The translations under genes and the position numbers were made by a program. Positions 25,669 through 32,000 of a DNA stretch of 32,000 nt are shown here, one piece after another. Numbering within the stretch: position 1 is the first letter of the stretch; the number at the start of each line of letters is the position of its first letter. Origin of the DNA: Candidatus Saccharimonadota bacterium (lineage in GTDB: Bacteria > Patescibacteriota > Saccharimonadia > Saccharimonadales > Saccharimonadaceae); assembly GCA_020160975.1 (NCBI GenBank), contig JAIUPJ010000001.1, positions 150,001 to 182,000 on the forward strand. The letters are read 5' to 3'. Under the pieces are notes generated by a model, which did no database searches, was not told the origin of the DNA, and saw only the letters and a program-made list of their open reading frames with translations.

Positions 25669-25676
25669 ATGTACGC

Positions 25677-26093
25677 TCAGCGGGAGTGGCTGCGGTCGGG
25701 GCCACGGCCCATGATTCGCATGCCCGCAGCCCGGCCACTCGGTGGTCGGAAGCTGGGGAGTGTCTCCTGAAGCACCATCCATCGCCTTGTCGGCGCTGTG
25801 CGGCGGTCGAACCCAAGCCGACTGCCACTGAGTGTCTCAGCGTAGAGCTTACCGTCACGCCTAACGACCGTGAAGCCCGCCGTGAGGTGGACGGAGATCA
25901 GCTCGTGACAAACGACATCGTGTGTAACGGGGTCCACCTCGTACTTGCCAGCCTGCCATGGGTAGATCTGGATGGATAGATCGTCAACGCATTGCATGGA
26001 TGGGCGGTGATTCTTGCCTCCGATGCGTATATCGCTGACGGCGTTCAGCGTATCGATAAGTCGCTGCGAGTCTTCGCTGGCCACTAGGCTCAA
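25677..26093 (-). CDS. GC-rich orphan protein (138 aa as drawn, TTG start) with Arg-rich tail
   Basis: Track ORF whose first codon is TTG (26093..26091). GAGGA lies 6 nt upstream. First ATG only at residue 33. The terminator right after the stop supports the 3' end. No family recognised. Confidence 0.5.
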   Translation of the reverse strand: MSLVASEDSQRLIDTLNAVSDIRIGGKNHRPSMQCVDDLSIQIYPWQAGKYEVDPVTHDVVCHELISVHLTAGFTVVRRDGKLYAETLSGSRLGFDRRTAPTRRWMVLQETLPSFRPPSGRAAGMRIMGRGPDRSHSR

Positions 26094-26170
26094 GCGTGTT
26101 CCTCGAGGAACGTGTCTAGAGCCCTCTTGGCCTCCACCTCGCTGTATATTGCGATCGGGTCAAATGTCAC
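26090..26170 (-). CDS. candidate 26-aa ORF coupled (TTGA overlap) to the 138-aa ORF, or N-terminus of a frameshifted single gene
   Basis: AGGAGG followed by gatt and GTG (26170..26168). Peptide MTFDPIAIYSEVEAKRALDTFLEEHA. Its TGA (26092..26090) overlaps the TTG (26093..26091) of the next ORF. Confidence 0.35.
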   Translation of the reverse strand: MTFDPIAIYSEVEAKRALDTFLEEHA

Positions 26171-26214
26171 AATCCCTCCTGGGAGTTTGGTAGGTGCCGA
26201 TAGCGTACTATTCT

Positions 26215-26243
26215 ATTTTATCATATTACACATGTAAAGTCAA
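26215..26243 (-). promoter_or_regulatory. near-consensus sigma70 promoter for the 26-aa/138-aa unit
   Basis: Minus strand: TTGACT (26243..26238), 17-bp spacer, TGaTAAAAT (-10 at 26220..26215). Confidence 0.55.
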
Positions 26244-26269
26244 TAATCAGGGTTTGAAGACCAAAGAGG

Positions 26270-26278
26270 TGGTATACT
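26270..26278 (+). promoter_or_regulatory. extended -10 box (TGgTATACT) 6 nt upstream of the xth ATG
   Basis: TGGTATACT-agctct-ATG(26285). No SD. Confidence 0.5.
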
Positions 26279-26284
26279 AGCTCT

Positions 26285-27079
26285 ATGAAATTATACTCCT
26301 GGAACGTCAACGGCATCCGTGCCGTGCTAAATAAAGGCATGTTGCAGAAATTTATCGAAGAGCACGACCCGGACGTGCTGTGTTTGCAAGAGACAAAGGC
26401 CGAGCGAGGACAGTTTGAAATCGACTTTCCGCAGTACGAGGAGCACTTTTTCTCGGCAATGAAAAAAGGCTACAGCGGCACGGCGATCTTCACTAAAACT
26501 CCAGCTTTGCAGTATATCGATGGTTTTCCTCAAGATATCATCGACAAGTACAAGGTAACGGGCGACACCTACGGCGATCCGAATGCCGAAGGACGGGTCA
26601 TCGCTGCTGAATTTGATGAATTCTGGGTGGTAACCGTCTACACTCCCAATAGCAAGCGCGATCTAAGCCGTCTCAGTGTCCGCCACCAACACTGGGACAA
26701 AGCATTTCTGGCCTATATGCAGCGACTCGAAGAGACAAAGCCAGTACTGTTTTGCGGCGACCTAAATGCCGCGCATACCGAGATTGACCTGGCACGCCCA
26801 AAAGAAAACCGCAAAAGTGCGGGCTTTACCGACGAAGAGCGTGAGGGTATCACAAATGTCATTGACGCGGGATTTGTCGACACCTTTCGTGCCGCTCACC
26901 CCGACACTCTCGGCGCCTACACCTGGTGGACTCACTGGGGTAATGCCCGTGCCAACAACGTCGGGTGGCGCATCGACTATTGGTTCGCGAGCAAATCCAT
27001 CGCCGGACAAGTAAAAAATCCACAAATTCACCCTGATGCGATGGGGAGCGACCACTGTCCAGTGAGCATCGAAATCTGA
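26285..27079 (+). CDS. xth: exodeoxyribonuclease III (AP endonuclease, EEP fold)
   Basis: 264-aa ORF. MKLYSWNVNGIRA, LCLQETK, FCGDLNAAHTEIDL, WWTHW, DYWF, GSDHCPV are Xth/ExoIII signatures. Confidence 0.93.
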   Translation: MKLYSWNVNGIRAVLNKGMLQKFIEEHDPDVLCLQETKAERGQFEIDFPQYEEHFFSAMKKGYSGTAIFTKTPALQYIDGFPQDIIDKYKVTGDTYGDPNAEGRVIAAEFDEFWVVTVYTPNSKRDLSRLSVRHQHWDKAFLAYMQRLEETKPVLFCGDLNAAHTEIDLARPKENRKSAGFTDEEREGITNVIDAGFVDTFRAAHPDTLGAYTWWTHWGNARANNVGWRIDYWFASKSIAGQVKNPQIHPDAMGSDHCPVSIEI

Positions 27080-27085
27080 TATAAT
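27077..27085 (+). promoter_or_regulatory. extended -10 box (TGaTATAAT) overlapping the xth stop, 7 nt upstream of ATG 27093
   Basis: TGATATAAT-cacaaca-ATG(27093). Confidence 0.4.
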
Positions 27086-27092
27086 CACAACA

Positions 27093-27206
27093 ATGACCAC
27101 TCCTTGCTCAATAGAAATCGCAACCATAAACAAGAATCTTGAGCACATCGCGCTCTTGCTTGCCAAAAAAATGAGCGTTAGTCTCACTAGGCTTGAAGTC
27201 CTGTAG
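27093..27206 (+). CDS. candidate 37-aa leaderless small ORF filling the xth-downstream spacer
   Basis: MTTPCSIEIATINKNLEHIALLLAKKMSVSLTRLEVL. The stop at 27204..27206 is 1 nt before ATG 27208 of the next gene, in a different frame. It could equally be a 5' UTR or a frameshifted N-terminus. Confidence 0.3.
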   Translation: MTTPCSIEIATINKNLEHIALLLAKKMSVSLTRLEVL

Positions 27207-27207
27207 C

Positions 27208-27747
27208 ATGAAGATTGCAATTGCTTACGGACTCTTTGAAGGACCACTGTGCGGTCGAATACTACGCAAAGAGCTACGTCAGCGTGGCCACTCAATTGTC
27301 GGTATAAAGAATGCTGATTATCTGATATTGCACTCTGGCGCCTGGCTCATGATGGACAAGTACCCGACAGACAAACGCATTCTGCTGATTGATCCGGCCT
27401 ATCGGACCACGCAGTCGGTGCTCACAAAGAGTGTTCGGCGCATACAGTACGACCTTCGTCACTTGCGGCCTTTGCAATACCCGGGTTATTTGTTACGACG
27501 AAGTTATAATCTGTGGTATTTTATCACCAAACTTCCTTATTGGATCGAGATGTTGGAAAATTATCGCAGCAAAGATATCTCATCATTATTGCGACAGAAA
27601 CATGTTCATTTATTTGAGGCGAGCGATCCAGCGTGGCACGACACAGTCGTCACCAACAGGGCGGCAAATGCTATAGTTGCGCTACCTGGAGACCATGATG
27701 CCCTCTGGCATACTCCTCGTCTCACAGCTGATATACTAGGTTTATGA
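27208..27747 (+). CDS. hypothetical protein (179 aa)
   Basis: ATG internal to track ORF 27193..27747 (whose first codon is TTG). MKIAIAYGLFEGPL...ADYLILHSGAWLM suggests a Rossmann-like or alpha/beta start, but I recognise no family. Stop overlaps the next gene as ATGA. Confidence 0.55.
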   Translation: MKIAIAYGLFEGPLCGRILRKELRQRGHSIVGIKNADYLILHSGAWLMMDKYPTDKRILLIDPAYRTTQSVLTKSVRRIQYDLRHLRPLQYPGYLLRRSYNLWYFITKLPYWIEMLENYRSKDISSLLRQKHVHLFEASDPAWHDTVVTNRAANAIVALPGDHDALWHTPRLTADILGL

Positions 27748-28286
27748 CAGTCGCACAAACAACACTGCAAACCACCCTCGTCTTCCTCCAAAAAGACGGT
27801 CAGATTTTGCTTGGCAAAAAGCAACGTGGGCACGGTAAAGGCAAGTGGAACGGCGCGGGGGGAAAATGCAAACCCCACGAATGGCCAGAGGCGGCGGCGC
27901 GGCGCGAGGCGAGAGAAGAACTTGGTGTCGCCGCCATGCACCTAGAGCCGGTTGCGGTACTGTACTTCACCCAACAGCCGACTATCGATGAATATTCGTC
28001 TATCACGACCTATGTGTACCTCTGTAGAGAATGGGAAGGTGAGCCTGTAAATAGCGACGAATTGTCCGATCTGACTTGGTTTGATATTACTGCTATCCCG
28101 TATGAAACAATGTGGGAAGACGATACCTACTGGTTGCCGCAAGTGCTCGCTGGCGATAAAGTGACTGGTAACTTTGAATTTGATGGCGACTACCGCATGA
28201 CATCTCATGACGTGACGATCAACGGCGCCGACCAACCGACTCTTGACATCCCAGCCAGAGTCGAAGAAATTCTCAGCGAAGAATAG
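27744..28286 (+). CDS. Nudix hydrolase, MutT/8-oxo-dGTPase-like
   Basis: 180-aa ORF. Nudix box GGKCKPHEWPEAAARREAREELGV preceded by GKWNGAGG. Confidence 0.8.
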   Translation: MTVAQTTLQTTLVFLQKDGQILLGKKQRGHGKGKWNGAGGKCKPHEWPEAAARREAREELGVAAMHLEPVAVLYFTQQPTIDEYSSITTYVYLCREWEGEPVNSDELSDLTWFDITAIPYETMWEDDTYWLPQVLAGDKVTGNFEFDGDYRMTSHDVTINGADQPTLDIPARVEEILSEE

Positions 28287-28288
28287 CT

Positions 28289-29086
28289 ATGGAGCACTCG
28301 TATTGGCGCACTCAAGATCCTGCGAAACCGTTGTTTCCTGATATCGAGTGGAGCAAGCCCGAACAGCGCAGTGCACGCGGCAAACTTGGGATCATCGGTG
28401 GCAACAAGCTCGGATTTGCCGGCGTTGCCGAAAGCTACCGAACAGCATTGCAAACCGGCGCAGGCGAAGTGCGTGTGCTGCTACCCGATAGTTTGCGCAA
28501 GCAAATTCCTGCTAGTATGACCGACGTCAAATTTGGCGAGAGCAACCCCAGCGGTAGCCTTGCCAAAGACGCACTGCCCGAAGCAGCAGCGCTCGGCTAC
28601 TGGTCGAGCTGCCTGCTGATGGCGGGTGACGCCGGGCGCAACAGCGAGACGGCGATTCTCTACAGCGATATACTGCGAAACCACACAGGGCTACTGGTAA
28701 TCTCGCGTGATGCCATCGATCTCATCAAGAACGATAGTGAACTGCTTGTTAATCGTCCAAGGACAGTCCTGGTGCTTAGTTTTGCGCAGTTACAGAAATT
28801 ATTTCAAAGTGTGCATTACCCTAAGATCTTGACGTTTAGCATGCAACTCATGCAGCTGGTCGAAGCAGTGCATAAATTTACCATTACTTACCCTGTCACT
28901 ATTGTAGTGCTTCACCGAGAAACACTTGTCGTCGCCCATGGCGGCGAAGTCACCACTACCAAATGGGAAAACCCGATGGCGGTCTGGCGCGGCCAAACGG
29001 CAGCCCGTGCCGCCAGTTACTTGATGTGGACGCCAGCTCAGCCGCTCGAGGCATTGACGGCAAGTCTGGTGAGTCAAGCGAGATAG
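28289..29086 (+). CDS. YjeF C-terminal / NAD(P)HX dehydratase-like (ribokinase-fold) protein
   Basis: 265-aa ORF. RGKLGIIGGNKLGFAGVAESYRTALQTGAGEVRVLLP resembles the G(H/K).L.IGGS..Y.GA..L...AALR.GAG.V start of the family. LMAGDAGRNSET corresponds to the GPGLG region but is degenerate. Confidence 0.55.
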   Translation: MEHSYWRTQDPAKPLFPDIEWSKPEQRSARGKLGIIGGNKLGFAGVAESYRTALQTGAGEVRVLLPDSLRKQIPASMTDVKFGESNPSGSLAKDALPEAAALGYWSSCLLMAGDAGRNSETAILYSDILRNHTGLLVISRDAIDLIKNDSELLVNRPRTVLVLSFAQLQKLFQSVHYPKILTFSMQLMQLVEAVHKFTITYPVTIVVLHRETLVVAHGGEVTTTKWENPMAVWRGQTAARAASYLMWTPAQPLEALTASLVSQAR

Positions 29087-29098
29087 CTCGACACGCGG

Positions 29099-29104
29099 TA
29101 TAGT
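29099..29104 (+). promoter_or_regulatory. -10 box (TATAGT) 6 nt upstream of ATG 29111
   Basis: TATAGT-aaagag-ATG. The same TATAGTAAAGAG string precedes the Cmk-like gene on the other strand. Confidence 0.4.
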
Positions 29105-29110
29105 AAAGAG

Positions 29111-30493
29111 ATGTTCGAAACACCATTTGTATTTGTCGATATCGAGACAAACGGCGGCAGCGGAGAGCGAGGGCGAATTATTGAGATTGCCGCCATTAAA
29201 GTACAGTATGGCGAGGTGATCGAGTCATTTCAGACACTGGTGAACCCTGGCAGCGGCATCCCTCGCTGGATTACAACCTTGACCGGTATTCAGCCAGGCG
29301 ATCTTGCTGAAGCGCCGTATTTTGAAGACATCGCTACCCAGGTCTATGAGTTTCTCAGTGACAGTGTGTTTGTCGCACACAATGTGCTATTTGATTATTC
29401 CTTTATCAAGCGCGAACTTGCAGCCGCAGGGTATCGGTATAATCCAAAATTATTTTGCACCGTGAAAATGTCGCGCGCACTCTACCCAGAGCATCGCGGT
29501 CATAGCCTCGAGAAAATCATTCAGCGACATGGCCTTCTCACTCAGCACCGTCATCGCGCCTACGATGACGCACTTGCAATCGTTCACTTCACTCAGCTCG
29601 CATTGGAGCAAAAAGGTGAGACGTTGCTCAGGAAAAATATTGCACTGCAATTAAAAACCAAGTCCTTACCCTCCAACGTCGACGAGTCCGTGATAGTATC
29701 ACTGCCTGAAACGGCAGGGATTTACATCTTCGAGGACGACAGCGGCGCCCCGCTATACGTTGGAAAAAGCATTAATATTCGCGCTCGCGTGCGGTCGCAC
29801 TTTGCCACTGCTACTTCTATCGCAAAGGAGATGAAATTGTCGTTGCAGAGCCATAATGTGACATACATTCAGACCCAAACAGAGCTCGAGGCGTTGCTTC
29901 TCGAGTCGGCAAAAGTCAAGGAACTACAGCCAGTGTTCAATCGCAAGCTTCGACAGACGAAAACTCAGCATATTCTGGTCAAAGACCGCGCCGCAGACGG
30001 GTATGCCACGATTCGAGTCGAAAGCCACAACTTGTCTGACTACCATACACTATCGAACGTGTATGGGGTATACACCTCGAAAAATCAAGCCAAGCAAGCG
30101 CTCGAAAGCGCAGTACGGACCTACCAGCTATGCCCAAAGCTTCTCGGGCTGGAAAAGACAAAAGGAGCGTGCTTCCGTCGACAGCTCGGCCTTTGTCGTG
30201 GCGCGTGTGTTGGCACAGAGCCACCTTCACCCTATAATGCGCGCGTCGAAACAGCACTCGAACGGAGCAAGATTGAGTCTTGGCCTTACGATAGCGCCGT
30301 GTCCGCGCCGATCAGTGCTACACGGTCAATTGTCATCGACCAATGGGTTCCCGTCGCCATCGTCGACCATGAGTTCGACACCTATACAGAACTCATGAGT
30401 CCTTTTGACCTGGATACCTACAAAATCCTCCGCTCTCACATACGCAAAGTCCACGGACAAGTTACGAAATGGTCACGTCATGATACCGAATAA
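29111..30493 (+). CDS. DEDDh 3'-5' exonuclease (DnaQ-like) fused to a GIY-YIG (UvrC/Cho-like) nuclease domain
   Basis: 460-aa ORF. Exo I FVFVDIETNG, Exo II VAHNVLFDYSF, Exo III HRAYDDA. Then GIYIFEDDSGAPLYVGKSINIRARVRSHF and ELEALLLESAKVKELQPVFNRK (GIY-YIG). Confidence 0.85.
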   Translation: MFETPFVFVDIETNGGSGERGRIIEIAAIKVQYGEVIESFQTLVNPGSGIPRWITTLTGIQPGDLAEAPYFEDIATQVYEFLSDSVFVAHNVLFDYSFIKRELAAAGYRYNPKLFCTVKMSRALYPEHRGHSLEKIIQRHGLLTQHRHRAYDDALAIVHFTQLALEQKGETLLRKNIALQLKTKSLPSNVDESVIVSLPETAGIYIFEDDSGAPLYVGKSINIRARVRSHFATATSIAKEMKLSLQSHNVTYIQTQTELEALLLESAKVKELQPVFNRKLRQTKTQHILVKDRAADGYATIRVESHNLSDYHTLSNVYGVYTSKNQAKQALESAVRTYQLCPKLLGLEKTKGACFRRQLGLCRGACVGTEPPSPYNARVETALERSKIESWPYDSAVSAPISATRSIVIDQWVPVAIVDHEFDTYTELMSPFDLDTYKILRSHIRKVHGQVTKWSRHDTE

Positions 30494-30737
30494 CCCCGCA
30501 CACCTCAATCATAACGGTACGAAGATTGCCCTCTTAGTTTTAACGGTTGTTATTTACATTATATCATAAAATTATATATTATTCAATATACCAACCCATA
30601 CCGAAAACATTTGCAAACGGGTAGCTGGATTTGTGATATAATTTCATCTGTTACCTTAATAAAATCGAAATCTGTTTTGTGCGATGGTAGTCTAATTAGT
30701 CGACCACCTACGGCAGCGATGTAAAATCTATATTGAT

Positions 30738-30824
30738 GGGCTGGTGGCGGAATTGGTAGACGCGCTAGACTCAAAATCTGGTGAGCAATAGCTCGTGCGG
30801 GTTCAAGTCCCGCCCGGCCCACCA
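30738..30824 (+). tRNA. tRNA-Leu (anticodon CAA), CCA encoded
   Basis: 87 nt. Acceptor GGGCTGG/CCGGCCC (one G-U), D-loop AATTGGTAGA, anticodon loop CT-CAA-AA, long variable arm, T-arm GCGGGTTCAAGTCCCGC, terminal ACCA. Confidence 0.9.
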
Positions 30825-30871
30825 ATATAGGTTTTAAACGCACCGGCTCTTACTGATGTAACACTTCACAT

Positions 30872-30922
30872 AAATCTGGTGAGCAATGGTCTGTGACGGT
30901 TCACTTCCAGTTCGCGGCACTA
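30872..30922 (+). repeat. degenerate duplicate of the 3' half of tRNA-Leu (anticodon loop to 3' end)
   Basis: The first 16 nt (AAATCTGGTGAGCAAT) are identical to 30774..30789. Overall 36/51 positions match in my ungapped hand alignment, including a T-loop remnant GGTTCACTTCC. Confidence 0.55.
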
Positions 30923-31022
30923 TAGGAGTGATTGCCAGACCGTGTTCACTGCGAAGACGGAGAGCTCGCTTAAGCCATAGCCGATATGCCTTTACTCCTG
31001 TATACTAGGGTGAGAATTTATC

Positions 31023-32000
31023 ATGCGCCCAGAAGATAACCGACAACCAGCGTCAATAGTGGTACCGCCGCGCCAGTCGACGGCTTTTCGTGCGAGCGAT
31101 CATGATACAGCCCAGGCGGTTGCGGCCGACGTGGTGCGGAGCCAGATTGATAGCATTTATCACCAGGACGACAACGCAACGCAGGCTGTCGAGACTGAGA
31201 CAACAACAGCCCCGCACAGCCCCACAGTTGCCTCAACCGCTGACACTGGCAATATCCAATACGACCACCAGCAAGCCTCGTCAGCGAACCCGTACGCGCG
31301 AACTCACAACGAAAAAGAGCACACCATCCAACCAAGCGCATGGGAAAAGTACCACAGCGCATGGCAAAGTTACTACCAACAATACTATGAACGCTACTAT
31401 GCGGGAGAAGTGCATCAAGTCAAGCAGTCTCTTGAGAATGAGCGGCAGAAAAACCGCGCCGAAGAGCAGTCGACATCACCAGATGAAGCGATGTACGACC
31501 TACGCAACAAACTTCGCCAGCAAATCGAAACAAAAGCCACCACAGTGCGCAAGAGTCGACATTTTGTCCCAGCCGTGGCGGCGATTTGTGTCATGGTGCT
31601 ATTTTTATTTTTGCAGTATAACCGCGTCATCTTTGCCAACGTCGCTGCCTATGTTAGTCCGGGCAATATGGATCCCTCAACACTGATTGTTGATCCATCA
31701 GCATCGGTTGATGTCGGGCCTGAGGCAAAGCTAATCATCCCAAAGATCACAGTACAAGTACCGATTGTCTGGGATGCCGTCGCGAGCGACCAAAATTCGC
31801 TTAACGCCGCTATGGATAATGGGGTAGCGTGGTTCAATATCCCTGGCGCAAATGCCAAACCAGGCGAAAAAGGCAACTTCGTCCTCTCAGGCCATAGCAG
31901 TAACGACTGGATGGATGGCGGCAATTACAAATTCATTTTTGCGCGCCTCGAGCAAATCCAAGAAGGTGACACCATCTATGTCAATTACCAGAGTAAGCGC
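31023..32000 (+). CDS. sortase family transpeptidase, 5' part (continues past right edge)
   Basis: Frame hand-translated with no stop from ATG 31023 to 32000 (326 codons). Absent from the ORF track. Gln/Tyr-rich cytoplasmic N-region, TM (FVPAVAAICVMVLFLFL), then LIIPKITVQVPIVWD, GNFVLSGHSS, FIFARLEQIQEGDTIYV, typical of the sortase His-containing half. The catalytic Cys lies beyond the window. Confidence 0.8.
   Translation, partial: MRPEDNRQPASIVVPPRQSTAFRASDHDTAQAVAADVVRSQIDSIYHQDDNATQAVETETTTAPHSPTVASTADTGNIQYDHQQASSANPYARTHNEKEHTIQPSAWEKYHSAWQSYYQQYYERYYAGEVHQVKQSLENERQKNRAEEQSTSPDEAMYDLRNKLRQQIETKATTVRKSRHFVPAVAAICVMVLFLFLQYNRVIFANVAAYVSPGNMDPSTLIVDPSASVDVGPEAKLIIPKITVQVPIVWDAVASDQNSLNAAMDNGVAWFNIPGANAKPGEKGNFVLSGHSSNDWMDGGNYKFIFARLEQIQEGDTIYVNYQSKR

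Noticed and set aside
24159-25979. Cluster of overlapping track ORFs on both strands (e.g. 24537..25112, 24668..25042, 25039..25515, 25531..25782, 25589..25858, 25686..25979)
   Set aside because: These are typical long spurious frames in roughly 60% G+C DNA. They overlap the 513-aa and 138-aa ORFs, which are bracketed by promoters and terminators, and their sequences are Arg/Pro/Gly-rich.
30583-30843. Track ORF 30583..30843(-), 86 aa
   Set aside because: It is antisense to tRNA-Leu and the AT-rich upstream spacer. Its open frame is explained by the tRNA.
31021-31924. Track ORFs 31021..31362(-), 31090..31686(+), 31415..31639(-), 31649..31924(-)
   Set aside because: They are alternate frames of the sortase gene (frame of ATG 31023), which is open to the window end and carries sortase motifs. 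The track misses it because it has no stop in the window.

Overview
Gene-dense bacterial chromosomal window. The left third is a complete F1F0 ATP synthase cluster on the minus strand: an AtpI/AtpZ-like gene, then atpB-E-F-H-A-G-D, then atpC, which is set apart from atpD by a terminator and an autonomous small membrane-protein gene. Next come a 604-aa PilX-type minor pilin, a glutaredoxin-like protein, an AAA+ ATPase with an unknown N-domain, and an ABC-F ATPase. Between ABC-F and smpB (about 13.3-16.7 kb) lies a small accessory islet. It holds a consensus-promoter cassette (GC-rich orphan ORF, an SD-led 24-aa five-cysteine micropeptide missed by the ORF track, and a strong hairpin), two diverged tandem HNH endonuclease paralogs flanking a truncated RAYT/IS200-like transposase remnant, and an orphan divergent ParB-like gene. 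The right half carries smpB, two Nudix hydrolases, an alpha/beta hydrolase and two divergent glycosyltransferases. It also has several GC-rich orphan genes with canonical -35/-10 promoters (21.1-22.1 and 23.0-26.2 kb) and a DNA-repair/housecleaning run (xth, MutT-like, YjeF_C-like, DnaQ-exonuclease/GIY-YIG fusion). It ends with tRNA-Leu(CAA) followed by a degenerate copy of its own 3' half, and the 5' part of a sortase that runs off the right edge. Many first-in-operon genes have an extended -10 box ending 6-8 nt before the ATG and no Shine-Dalgarno, which suggests leaderless mRNAs. Gene content (sortase, type IV pilin, minimal housekeeping, many orphans) suggests a reduced Gram-positive-type lineage such as Saccharibacteria/CPR, but that is inference only. 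I saw no rRNA, CRISPR array, intact transposase or integrase. All family calls rest on motif recognition by eye, not on searches.
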